64,000 bases of DNA from the NCBI GenBank assembly GCA_963776275.1, contig CAVZMI010000029.1:23123-87122 (forward strand), in the 5' to 3' direction. Each line of letters opens with the position of its first letter. Positions within the stretch are counted from its first letter, which is position 1. Shown in pieces: positions 44,967 through 52,514 of this stretch. A model generated the notes under the pieces. That model ran no database searches. It saw only the letters and a list, made by a program, of their open reading frames with translations, and was not told the DNA's origin. The stretch comes from Ignavibacteriota bacterium (GTDB lineage: Bacteria; Bacteroidota; Ignavibacteria; UBA10030; CAVZMI01). A program made the position numbers and the translations under genes.

Positions 44967-46184
44967 TCAATTATTTCGCAACATCAATTCACCCGCTATT
45001 TCCTGCAACTCACGCTGCCGGCGCTGCTCGACGTCCCGGGCAACCGCCGATACCGCCTGTGAAAGTTTCCAGAGTGTCGGTTCACCGGTGACACCATCAT
45101 CCAGATTGCTTTCAAGAAGTTTCTTCTGTATGGCCTGTACTTCTATCGGAACTAAGCCGATTCGCGGAAGTCTTTTAATCTCTTGTTCGAGATCTACCAC
45201 CATTTCACTCGCTCCTTGGATTATCTTCCCGCGATGCACAAGTTCTTCTTTAGATAACAACTGGCGCACGATATCGCGGAGAACGCTCGCTTGGGTCTGA
45301 GTATCAAGGCGGTATGTTTCATCGCTAAGCCTGAAATCATCCGGGATCCGACCACCGAGATGAACCCTTCGCATTACGCTTTCCAATACGGAGCCATTCA
45401 AACATCGTCCCTGTAAAAAGAAGAATCTTACTTCAAGTGCCCCATCGCCAAAGTCACTGTTGGCCAACCTCAGACCGAATGCAAGGTGCACGATCCCGTT
45501 TCGCTGTGTCTTGATCGGGATGATAGTCGGTAAGAGTACTTCCAACCAAAATCGAAGATCGTCGGCGTATGCGTCGAATACCCGGGCTCCAGCTGAATGA
45601 ATCTCCGTTATAAAAGCCTTTGTGATTTCCGGGCTTGAAAGTCTGCGGTACTGATCACTCAGCACACCACGTATCTGGTTTCCTACCGATCGGACCAGAA
45701 CTCGCTGTCGCAACGAATGAGCGCAATGATCATTGAGTGTCCGTGCGGCAAGTCTCCGCTGCCAATCCTCATTGCCCAATGCCAAATTCCGGATATAGGC
45801 CGATGGGATGCCAAGCTTTTCTCCGGCCTGTTCAGCTGCATGGGGGTGGAGTGTAAATTTCTGTGAATTGCCGTTTCCTCCGAACTCCATGAAAAGGGAG
45901 CCGTTCGAATCAAAATACACCGGGGCATCTTGACCAAGCGGAGCGATGAAATCTTCCAGCATTGATCCATCTCGTTCTATCCGGTCGAGAATGTCCTTCG
46001 ACCTTCGTTGACCTTCTTCGATCTTCTCATCAATTTTATGTTGAAGAACTTCCCTGAGTCCTTCTTCTGTGTCTGTAAGCACTTCTGTCGTAGCCATTGC
46101 CGTATCTCCTATTTTGTTATTCCTGTTGTTGGAGTTCTTTTTCTGCTTTTTTCTGTTTCCATGCTTGGAGTTTTTGGAGACCAA
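44967..46184 (-). CDS. DUF932-like phage/plasmid protein (tentative)
   Basis: 405 aa. LAFGLRLANSDFGDGALEVRFFFLQGRCLNGSV resembles the NSxDGSxAL...vCxNG core I associate with DUF932. Not verified. Confidence 0.4.
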   Translation of the reverse strand: MVSKNSKHGNRKKQKKNSNNRNNKIGDTAMATTEVLTDTEEGLREVLQHKIDEKIEEGQRRSKDILDRIERDGSMLEDFIAPLGQDAPVYFDSNGSLFMEFGGNGNSQKFTLHPHAAEQAGEKLGIPSAYIRNLALGNEDWQRRLAARTLNDHCAHSLRQRVLVRSVGNQIRGVLSDQYRRLSSPEITKAFITEIHSAGARVFDAYADDLRFWLEVLLPTIIPIKTQRNGIVHLAFGLRLANSDFGDGALEVRFFFLQGRCLNGSVLESVMRRVHLGGRIPDDFRLSDETYRLDTQTQASVLRDIVRQLLSKEELVHRGKIIQGASEMVVDLEQEIKRLPRIGLVPIEVQAIQKKLLESNLDDGVTGEPTLWKLSQAVSAVARDVEQRRQRELQEIAGELMLRNN

Positions 46185-46410
46185 TCTCTTTCTTTGTTAT
46201 AAATCTCTTCCCCGCTTCCTCCTTTGATAATTCCTCCAGCTCTGAAGCCTGTGAGATCTGAATCAGTCCATAACTTTCTACCTCTGCCAACGCATTCGGA
46301 ATTAATTCGCCATTCTCATCACGGTTTTTGATTATCTTTACTCTTTTTGCATTATCTTCCGGGCCGAGCTTATAAATGATTCCTGGCTTTGCATCACGAG
46401 CGCATATCAT
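46117..46410 (-). CDS. hypothetical protein
   Basis: 97-aa ORF. Confidence 0.4.
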   Translation of the reverse strand: MICARDAKPGIIYKLGPEDNAKRVKIIKNRDENGELIPNALAEVESYGLIQISQASELEELSKEEAGKRFITKKEIGLQKLQAWKQKKAEKELQQQE

Positions 46411-46422
46411 GACAATTCCCTT

Positions 46423-46632
46423 TCAATTCAGTCGGTGAGTTGTAAGAACATCTATCAATTGTTTTTTCTCGATGAGGCCAAGAAGTGTTTTACTATTATT
46501 GTTGAGGATGTAATTCAGATAATTGGGGATGCCGAGACGATGAGCAAGAGCGCATAGAATCTTTTCTTCCGCCGTAAAATAATGGAACATTCTGACGGTT
46601 GATTGGGCCTTATTTTGTTGATCCTGCGGCAT
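46423..46632 (-). CDS. hypothetical protein
   Basis: 69-aa ORF. First gene downstream of the promoter at 46668-46695. Confidence 0.4.
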   Translation of the reverse strand: MPQDQQNKAQSTVRMFHYFTAEEKILCALAHRLGIPNYLNYILNNNSKTLLGLIEKKQLIDVLTTHRLN

Positions 46633-46667
46633 GGTGTGATCTCTGTTTATTGTAAAACCCTATATGT

Positions 46668-46695
46668 AATATAATATAATATATGATAATGTCAA
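46668..46695 (-). promoter_or_regulatory. sigma70-like promoter (ACTTGACA type)
   Basis: On the minus strand: TTGACA (46695-46690), 16-nt spacer, TATATT (46673-46668). A second ACTTGATA box lies about 20 nt upstream. Sits in the 98-nt gap downstream of the terminase large subunit. Confidence 0.5.
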
Positions 46696-46730
46696 GTAAT
46701 ATCATATAGTATCAAGTAATATGCCATATT

Positions 46731-48806
46731 TTATAGCTTATCGAGTGTGTTTTCAACAAAGGTTTTGATCTTTTCAGCCTCTGATTTATCGATTCCCAAG
46801 GCCTTCGCAATGATCGCCAGATGTTTGGCTGGTGGTTCTCCTCTGTTTATTAATGTCTGTCGCTCGATCATGAATCTCTCGGCCAGAGCCAACATCTTCG
46901 TGTCACTCAATGCAGCACCCTCCTGATATGGTATGCTTACTTCGAGCTGAGTCAGTGCATCGCATAGTATCGCATCCACATCCGCAAAATCTTTCGAGCC
47001 ATCATTCGCGTGATCGACACGATTATTTATTTTCAACAACCGCTCATGCTCCATCAAATTCCATTCACCAACGGTTCGCCTGATACCACGTCGCGTCAGT
47101 TCGTGTTTGTCGTCAAATAGTATGTGAGGAATATTATTCCAGAACATCCACCTCAGCTTCGTATAGATCTTCATCTGCTGCGGATTACTGAATCCGAGTG
47201 TCTTGCTATAAACTCCTCTTGCAATAATCTCATGGGACAATTTCTCAGAATTGTATTTATCGCTTAGTGCAAACCGGCTTCCCGGGAATTTATCCAATAG
47301 GATCCCGAGTACTTCTCCAAAATTCAAGTAATCTACGGTCAGCTCCTCTTTCGGCTGCCATACAATTACGATGTCCAGTATCGGTCTTTTATTTATTGTC
47401 ACTAACTCTGCCCGATTCTCGATAAATAATTCATCGCGCATCTCATTCATCGTTTCGATATAGCCACCTTTGAATACAAATGCGTCATAGTTCGTGGCCG
47501 CATCAAACGCCCATCCCCGCGGCCTGCTGTCACCTTTTATTCTTGTTAATTCAATTCCAATGTATCTTTTTATCTCTCTTTTCATGGTCATCGGATTTTC
47601 TATCACTCGTTCGGTTACTTTATATTGATAATCTACAGGGGATTCTGATGGTGTGAAACACTCCCGGACCTTATCAACGTGAGGTTGATAGAATCCTTCC
47701 CTTGAACTTCCCTTGATACATTCGTATCGGGCTTTGGCGTCGGATGGATCATTTCTGTAAGCTGACGCAATATCTTTATCTTCTTTTTTGGCATTTGGAT
47801 TCATATCGAATGTAGAGCTTACGAATGCAAATATTGTTCGTGGTAGATTGTTTTTTTTCTCCTCTTCGGCTCTTTGAACCAATGTCCAGGTAAAATCCCA
47901 CTCGGAATTATTCAGATATGAAAAGGTTATTGATTTACCTACACTGTGACCGAATCGCGTATTAAGATTCCCTGTAACACCTTTATGTAAAAGTTCAACA
48001 TCACGGTATCCGGTCGCTGAATCGGCTCGCGATGGTTCATCGATGACGTCGATGATAAGATTCAATCCTTCAAACCCGGTAGGAGTCGAATCAAGAGAAT
48101 GATGTATTATAGGACCATGACCAAGCATTGTGGGTACTGTTATCTCTTTCTTTTTTAAGTCTCCAAACTGTGATCGCAGATCAAGTCCCACATATCGTTC
48201 GAACCAGTTTTCGTTGCCTTCTGCTGTCTTACATCGTCTGATTAATCCATCTATTTTCGAAAAATGTACGTCACGTGCCTGCTTTTCTGTTACCATTGAA
48301 TGATTTGCGATTTCGAAGGGCATTGCCTTGTCGATCGGCTTATCATAAAAACGTGAAAAGTATAGATGCGGATTGACCATGTTCGCTATTTTATAAGTGC
48401 AATAAATTACAAATGGTGCAATGATATATGTATTCTTTCCGCCGCCCTGACCGATCGCAAATACATACTGTTGATATGTTGTGTCCCATTCATACGGATC
48501 CCGCCCGGCTAATTCCCACAAAACTTTATACTGATTTTCTGAAGGATGCATATCCAGGCGTTGTTCAATAAACTCCTGAATGTCGACAACCCCACCCTCT
48601 TTCCAGAAACTCTTTTCTCTCCAGAATGGCTTGGTCTTCGATTCAGTCAGTAGTAATGGCGCCGGACTTTGGCCCTTGATCTGATTCAGTTGGTCCTGGT
48701 TCTCCTTGTTCTTTTTCTGGAACTGTTCGTCCTTGACCTGGCGCTCCAATCCTCCCAAGAGGAAGAGGAGGGAGTCCGTTATCCCTAAATGATTCTCTGA
48801 AGGCAT
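46731..48806 (-). CDS. terL: terminase large subunit
   Basis: 691 aa. Walker A-like IGQGGGKNTYI, Walker B LIIDVIDEPS, coupling motif FVSST, and RNaseH-fold nuclease motifs WAFDAATNYDAFVF and DGSKDFADVDAIL. The start is uncertain because of a 164-nt overlap with the upstream ORF. The next in-frame ATG is at 48551. Confidence 0.65.
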   Translation of the reverse strand: MPSENHLGITDSLLFLLGGLERQVKDEQFQKKNKENQDQLNQIKGQSPAPLLLTESKTKPFWREKSFWKEGGVVDIQEFIEQRLDMHPSENQYKVLWELAGRDPYEWDTTYQQYVFAIGQGGGKNTYIIAPFVIYCTYKIANMVNPHLYFSRFYDKPIDKAMPFEIANHSMVTEKQARDVHFSKIDGLIRRCKTAEGNENWFERYVGLDLRSQFGDLKKKEITVPTMLGHGPIIHHSLDSTPTGFEGLNLIIDVIDEPSRADSATGYRDVELLHKGVTGNLNTRFGHSVGKSITFSYLNNSEWDFTWTLVQRAEEEKKNNLPRTIFAFVSSTFDMNPNAKKEDKDIASAYRNDPSDAKARYECIKGSSREGFYQPHVDKVRECFTPSESPVDYQYKVTERVIENPMTMKREIKRYIGIELTRIKGDSRPRGWAFDAATNYDAFVFKGGYIETMNEMRDELFIENRAELVTINKRPILDIVIVWQPKEELTVDYLNFGEVLGILLDKFPGSRFALSDKYNSEKLSHEIIARGVYSKTLGFSNPQQMKIYTKLRWMFWNNIPHILFDDKHELTRRGIRRTVGEWNLMEHERLLKINNRVDHANDGSKDFADVDAILCDALTQLEVSIPYQEGAALSDTKMLALAERFMIERQTLINRGEPPAKHLAIIAKALGIDKSEAEKIKTFVENTLDKL

Positions 48807-49299
48807 TGATAGCTCTTAATTTGACTTCCGGTTCTAATCCTTCAATGGTTTTTGTTATTGCATCATAAATTGCTTCTACTAATCTTACGAATTGAAACTC
48901 TTTCATGAATTCTATATATCGTTCGAGTTGTTTACCTAACGATTCTGCCGATTGTAAAATGAGTTCCAGATATTTTCTTTTTTCTCTTTCATTAATCTTT
49001 TCTAAACTCTTTTTTGCAATCTCCAATACCACCCGTGTATCGGTTATACAGCTTTGTACTTCATTGATTATGTTAATTCCACGTTCATAATGTTCTTGGC
49101 TATCGCGTATAAATTTTTTTACTATTCCAGCCTTTATACCGGCACGCGATTGTTTCTGTTTATCTCTGACCGATACCCCTGCTCGCTTCTTGTGATAATT
49201 GACAAGTCGAACTTTTATTCCCAGTATTTTAGCAATTTCCTTGGCTGATAAACCCTTTTTGTTCAGTTTGAGTATATTTTCACGAAGATTTTTTTTCAA
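48643..49299 (-). CDS. terS: putative terminase small subunit (N-terminal HTH)
   Basis: 218 aa. LNKKGLSAKEIAKILGIKVRLVNYHKKRAG. Sits immediately upstream of terL. The G/P-rich C-terminal tail lies in the overlap region. Confidence 0.5.
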   Translation of the reverse strand: MKKNLRENILKLNKKGLSAKEIAKILGIKVRLVNYHKKRAGVSVRDKQKQSRAGIKAGIVKKFIRDSQEHYERGINIINEVQSCITDTRVVLEIAKKSLEKINEREKRKYLELILQSAESLGKQLERYIEFMKEFQFVRLVEAIYDAITKTIEGLEPEVKLRAINAFRESFRDNGLPPLPLGRIGAPGQGRTVPEKEQGEPGPTESDQGPKSGAITTD

Positions 49300-49568
49300 T
49301 CTTCAACCTCAACAATCATCCGAAATTGGTTCTTCGCTGCAACTGCATAGCACAACTTTCTGATACACTCAATTGTCTGCCCACCCCTCCCGAGCACTTT
49401 CCCAACTTCTGAGGCGGTCACTTCGATGTATAGGGCATACATCTTATCACGCTCTCCTTCTTTTATTTCCACACTGTCGGGTGTGTTGACGAGATTTTTG
49501 ACAATGTTTTCAACCATCTCCCTTATTTGTCGTGCAACTTGTTGTTGCTTCGGATTGAGTGATTTCAT
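49296..49568 (-). CDS. KH-domain RNA-binding protein (KhpA/YlqC-like)
   Basis: 90 aa. VKNLVNTPDSVEIKEGERDKMYALYIEVTASEVGKVLGRGGQTIECIRKLCYAVAAKNQFRMIVEV carries the GxxG loop and the layout of the UPF0109/KhpA family. Confidence 0.7.
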   Translation of the reverse strand: MKSLNPKQQQVARQIREMVENIVKNLVNTPDSVEIKEGERDKMYALYIEVTASEVGKVLGRGGQTIECIRKLCYAVAAKNQFRMIVEVED

Positions 49569-49651
49569 AGAATTCTCCCCTGAAAATGATTTACTAATGA
49601 TGGGCTACTGCAATGCATTAAGAAAATCCAACCATACCCCTTGAACTCTTT

Positions 49652-50110
49652 TTACTTCCATCCAGACCTCGGCCAATCTTTCGGAAATATTATTCCTACG
49701 GACGGATTCAATTCGCGTATGGCCATGGCACGCGCCACATATACAGCTTCTTTATTCTTGAATATGATATAGCTTTCAGCACCGAGTCTTTCGAGATCGC
49801 ATAATGCTTCGAACTGATGATATTTCACACCGAATTGATCTGGATCTGTCGGTAATAAAAAAGGTAAACCGAGTTTCGTTCTGTGACTCTTCGCCTCGAT
49901 GAATAGTGATCGGGCATATTGATTGTTTGAACCATAAAATCGTGAACCTATAAAGTCATATCCTGTCCTTCGCTTAAAAAATACTACATCTCCATTCGGC
50001 GTCTTTCTGTATCCTTTTGGAACCTCGAACTTTTGCAAATAGGCTATTCTCCGCCTCCAATATTCCTTCGCCACAAGCATTATCTCCTTCTCAAAATCCA
50101 TACCCCTCAT
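49652..50110 (-). CDS. PD-(D/E)xK Holliday-junction-resolvase-like nuclease (RecU/Hjc-like)
   Basis: TGYDFIGSRF...SLFIEAKSH gives the D...ExK motif. The likely start is ATG 50110 (MRGMDF), with AGGA 6 nt upstream. The track start at 50155 lies inside the TnpB right end. Confidence 0.55.
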   Translation of the reverse strand: MRGMDFEKEIMLVAKEYWRRRIAYLQKFEVPKGYRKTPNGDVVFFKRRTGYDFIGSRFYGSNNQYARSLFIEAKSHRTKLGLPFLLPTDPDQFGVKYHQFEALCDLERLGAESYIIFKNKEAVYVARAMAIRELNPSVGIIFPKDWPRSGWK

Positions 50111-50255
50111 TGACATTCCTACGTTTAAAGACGTTGAGATTTTCAGGCTACACATGAGTTTACCTCACTCTTCGTTGACGCCTGAAGGGTCTGCCCGACC
50201 CTTAAAATGTTATGTGCCGCGTTCAAATCCCGATTCATCTTCAAACCGCATGCGG
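50090..50255 (-). ncRNA. putative omega RNA (reRNA) of TnpB copy 2. The 5' boundary is approximate, and the guide is predicted at 50109-50090.
   Basis: Carries the same 35-nt identical block and hairpin (50187-50201) as copy 1. Homology ends at AGGAATGTCAA (last A at 50110). Confidence 0.5.
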
Positions 50256-51270
50256 GACATTTATGAATACGACGGTGAATTGTTTTTGGTACCAACTCTC
50301 CACATTGAGAACAAGTTTCACTCGTGCCTTTGGGATCAACCTTCACCACCGTCCTACCAGCTTCCTCCGCTTTGTAGGATAGCATTGTAAAGAAATCACC
50401 CCATCCGGCATCGGCCACAGATTTACCTGCATATTTGTTTTCACTGACCATTGCTGGTATATCCAGATCCTCGATGTGAATGATTTTGTAATTTCTGATG
50501 TAATGATTCGCTGTCTTATGAAGAAAATCTTTGCGCTGATTCGCTATTCTCTCATGGACCTTGGCTACAAACATCCGTGCTTTCTTCCTGCGTTGCGAAC
50601 CTCTGACTTTCCGTGCAAGTCTTCGTTGACGGCGACGGAGATCTGCCTGTCCCTGCTTTAAGTATTTTGGATTGGGAATACTGAATCCATCGGAGTCTGT
50701 ACAGAATGTACGGCTGCCAACATCGATACCGACCTCGGCCGTCGTTACCGGAAAACTCCGAACCGGAACTTCGTCACAGGAAAAGCAAGCGAACCATTTG
50801 TCGGTTGAGGTGCGACGGATTGTAATGGTTTTGATCTTACCCTCAATCGGTCGGGAGAGATAAAGTTTCAATCGTCCAATCTTCGAAAGATGCAAATATT
50901 GTCCTTCAATTTTCCAGCCATGTTGTGTCAAGGTGAAGGAATCATAGCGACCAACGGATTTGAAACGTGGGAATCCGGCTTTGCCTTGCTTAACTCTCCG
51001 GAAGAATCCTTTGTATGATTTATCGAGTCGCTGAAGAACATCACATAGGCAGTGAGAATCAATCTGTATAAAGTCAGGAAATGCTTTTTTGAGTTCCGGA
51101 AGTTGATTCTGTTGATCGTAATAAGAGAGAGATTTTTTACACTGCCGATAAACCATTATGCGTTGCTCGAGGGCGAGGTTGTAAAGAACTCGGCACTGTT
51201 CCAACCAACGGAGGCAATTCACCTCAGTTGTCTTCGAAAGTTGAACTCGATATTGAAATGCGCGTCTCAT
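50143..51270 (-). CDS. tnpB: TnpB (IS200/IS605-family OrfB, RNA-guided RuvC nuclease), copy 2
   Basis: 375 aa. GIDVG, IHIEDL, CSQCG..CPACG and RDLNAAHN are all present. By eye about four-fifths identical to copy 1. Confidence 0.9.
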   Translation of the reverse strand: MRRAFQYRVQLSKTTEVNCLRWLEQCRVLYNLALEQRIMVYRQCKKSLSYYDQQNQLPELKKAFPDFIQIDSHCLCDVLQRLDKSYKGFFRRVKQGKAGFPRFKSVGRYDSFTLTQHGWKIEGQYLHLSKIGRLKLYLSRPIEGKIKTITIRRTSTDKWFACFSCDEVPVRSFPVTTAEVGIDVGSRTFCTDSDGFSIPNPKYLKQGQADLRRRQRRLARKVRGSQRRKKARMFVAKVHERIANQRKDFLHKTANHYIRNYKIIHIEDLDIPAMVSENKYAGKSVADAGWGDFFTMLSYKAEEAGRTVVKVDPKGTSETCSQCGELVPKTIHRRIHKCPACGLKMNRDLNAAHNILRVGQTLQASTKSEVNSCVA

Positions 51271-51458
51271 CGCGTCTCTATTCCCCGGCGTTTTATCATT
51301 TGTGCATTTCTCAATTCCGCGCTGATTTCTTTCCAGACATTCCCGCGCCGCTCTGGGAATATGCTTTGAGGATCATTGACGGGACCAGGCCGACTTTTGT
51401 ATAACTCAAGAGCGATCGACAGGAAGACACTGCTCGACTTATTATCCGCCTTTTGCAT
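51267..51458 (-). CDS. small coupled ORF (63 aa)
   Basis: MQKADNKSSSVFLS... Its start shares TAATG with the DUF5131 stop, and its stop shares ATGA with the tnpB start. No motif recognised. Confidence 0.35.
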   Translation of the reverse strand: MQKADNKSSSVFLSIALELYKSRPGPVNDPQSIFPERRGNVWKEISAELRNAQMIKRRGIETR

Positions 51459-52408
51459 TATTTGGTTTCGCATATCGTCCTCTCTGGCATCTCATTCCAG
51501 ATTCTACAATCAAGCTCTCGACCTGCTTTATTCTTCCCTATTCCATCAAACCACCACCGTTCCTTTGTCACGGGATCCTCAAAGAGTTGATAATGCAGCA
51601 TTGTTTTTCTTTCTTCATATGTCTCGGCATCTCTCATCTCACTCTCCGGACATATTGGTTTCCATCGTCCCCATTGTTTAAAGAAAAACGGGATGGATGC
51701 TGCCTCGCATTGATCGCGAATCTCACGTACCCAATTGGGAAATAGTGGTCTTGCTTCCGGACCAGATTCGCCTCCACATATCACCCAGGTAAGTTTTGAT
51801 TTATTTCCCCACCATTTTGCTGGGTCTTTCCGACCATTGACACAAAACAATTTTATAGGTCCGAGCATTGGCTCTATACTTAAGAATCTGACCGCAGCCG
51901 GCGTTTCATACAGATCTGATACACGTAGATCATATGTCTCTTGGTTCTCTGCTGATATCCCCAGCCAAACGTTCGGTTTTGGCCAATGACAACCTATAAT
52001 GATTCCGGTCCCATCGTATGCTTTCTCCGGAGCCGTTCCATTGTGAGTCCAAATTCCCTCCCAAGACCCTACCTTAGAAAACCATTCTTTCATTCGCCCA
52101 GGACGTTTCGTCAATATCTGATAAATATGTTTTTCAGACATTGCGCCAAATACTCTCGCAATAAAATCATCAGGCACCTGTTCATGGAATAGATCACTCA
52201 TCGAACACAAAAAAATCTTCCTCGGCTTTCGCCAGTGAAGAGGCTGATCTAACTTCTCCGGATGAAGTTCAATTTTTGAGAAATCGACATCTATCCTCGG
52301 TGCGATCCGTTCTGCATAACAATTTTTACATCCGGCCGATATTTTTGTGCAACCAGAGATAACGTTCCAGGTTGAATCCGTCCATTCTATTTTTGAGTTT
52401 ATTCCCAC
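51458..52408 (-). CDS. DUF5131 (phage Gp37/Gp68 family) protein
   Basis: 316 aa. SKIEWTDSTWNVISGCTKISAGCKNCYAERIAPR is the family's signature N-terminus. GTG start with GGAAGGA upstream. Confidence 0.8.
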   Translation of the reverse strand: MGINSKIEWTDSTWNVISGCTKISAGCKNCYAERIAPRIDVDFSKIELHPEKLDQPLHWRKPRKIFLCSMSDLFHEQVPDDFIARVFGAMSEKHIYQILTKRPGRMKEWFSKVGSWEGIWTHNGTAPEKAYDGTGIIIGCHWPKPNVWLGISAENQETYDLRVSDLYETPAAVRFLSIEPMLGPIKLFCVNGRKDPAKWWGNKSKLTWVICGGESGPEARPLFPNWVREIRDQCEAASIPFFFKQWGRWKPICPESEMRDAETYEERKTMLHYQLFEDPVTKERWWFDGIGKNKAGRELDCRIWNEMPERTICETK

Positions 52409-52432
52409 TTTAATTTCCTTCCGAATAAAAAC

Positions 52433-52510
52433 CTCTCGCGTGCTATTCTTCTAATAAGGGCGGAGGCGGCCCCCGATCGTCCCCCGATAAGACGATCATA
52501 CACGCGAGAG
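52433..52510 (-). other. structured intergenic element (long-range stem enclosing hairpins, followed by a T-tract)
   Basis: 10-bp stem CTCTCGCGTG/CACGCGAGAG (52433-52442 with 52501-52510) encloses GATCGTC-9 nt-GACGATC (52475-52497) and a GC-rich hairpin. On the minus strand it is followed by GTTTTTATT. Confidence 0.4.
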
Positions 52511-52514
52511 AGTC

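Noticed and set aside
4941-51473. Searched the flanks of both tnpB genes for a Y1 transposase (TnpA), a serine recombinase, or shared left-end hairpins that would define complete IS200/IS605 or IS607 elements.
   Set aside because: None was found. The sequences upstream of the two ATGs are unrelated (an RHH ORF versus a 63-aa ORF). For that reason I did not annotate full IS elements with defined left ends.
52433-52510. Possible tRNA or tRNA-like gene in the gap before the DUF5131 gene.
   Set aside because: A 10-bp closing stem with only two internal hairpins (7-bp stem with a 9-nt loop, 4-bp stem with a 7-nt loop) does not fit a cloverleaf on either strand. There is no T-loop GTTCRANNC-like sequence and no anticodon-arm geometry.
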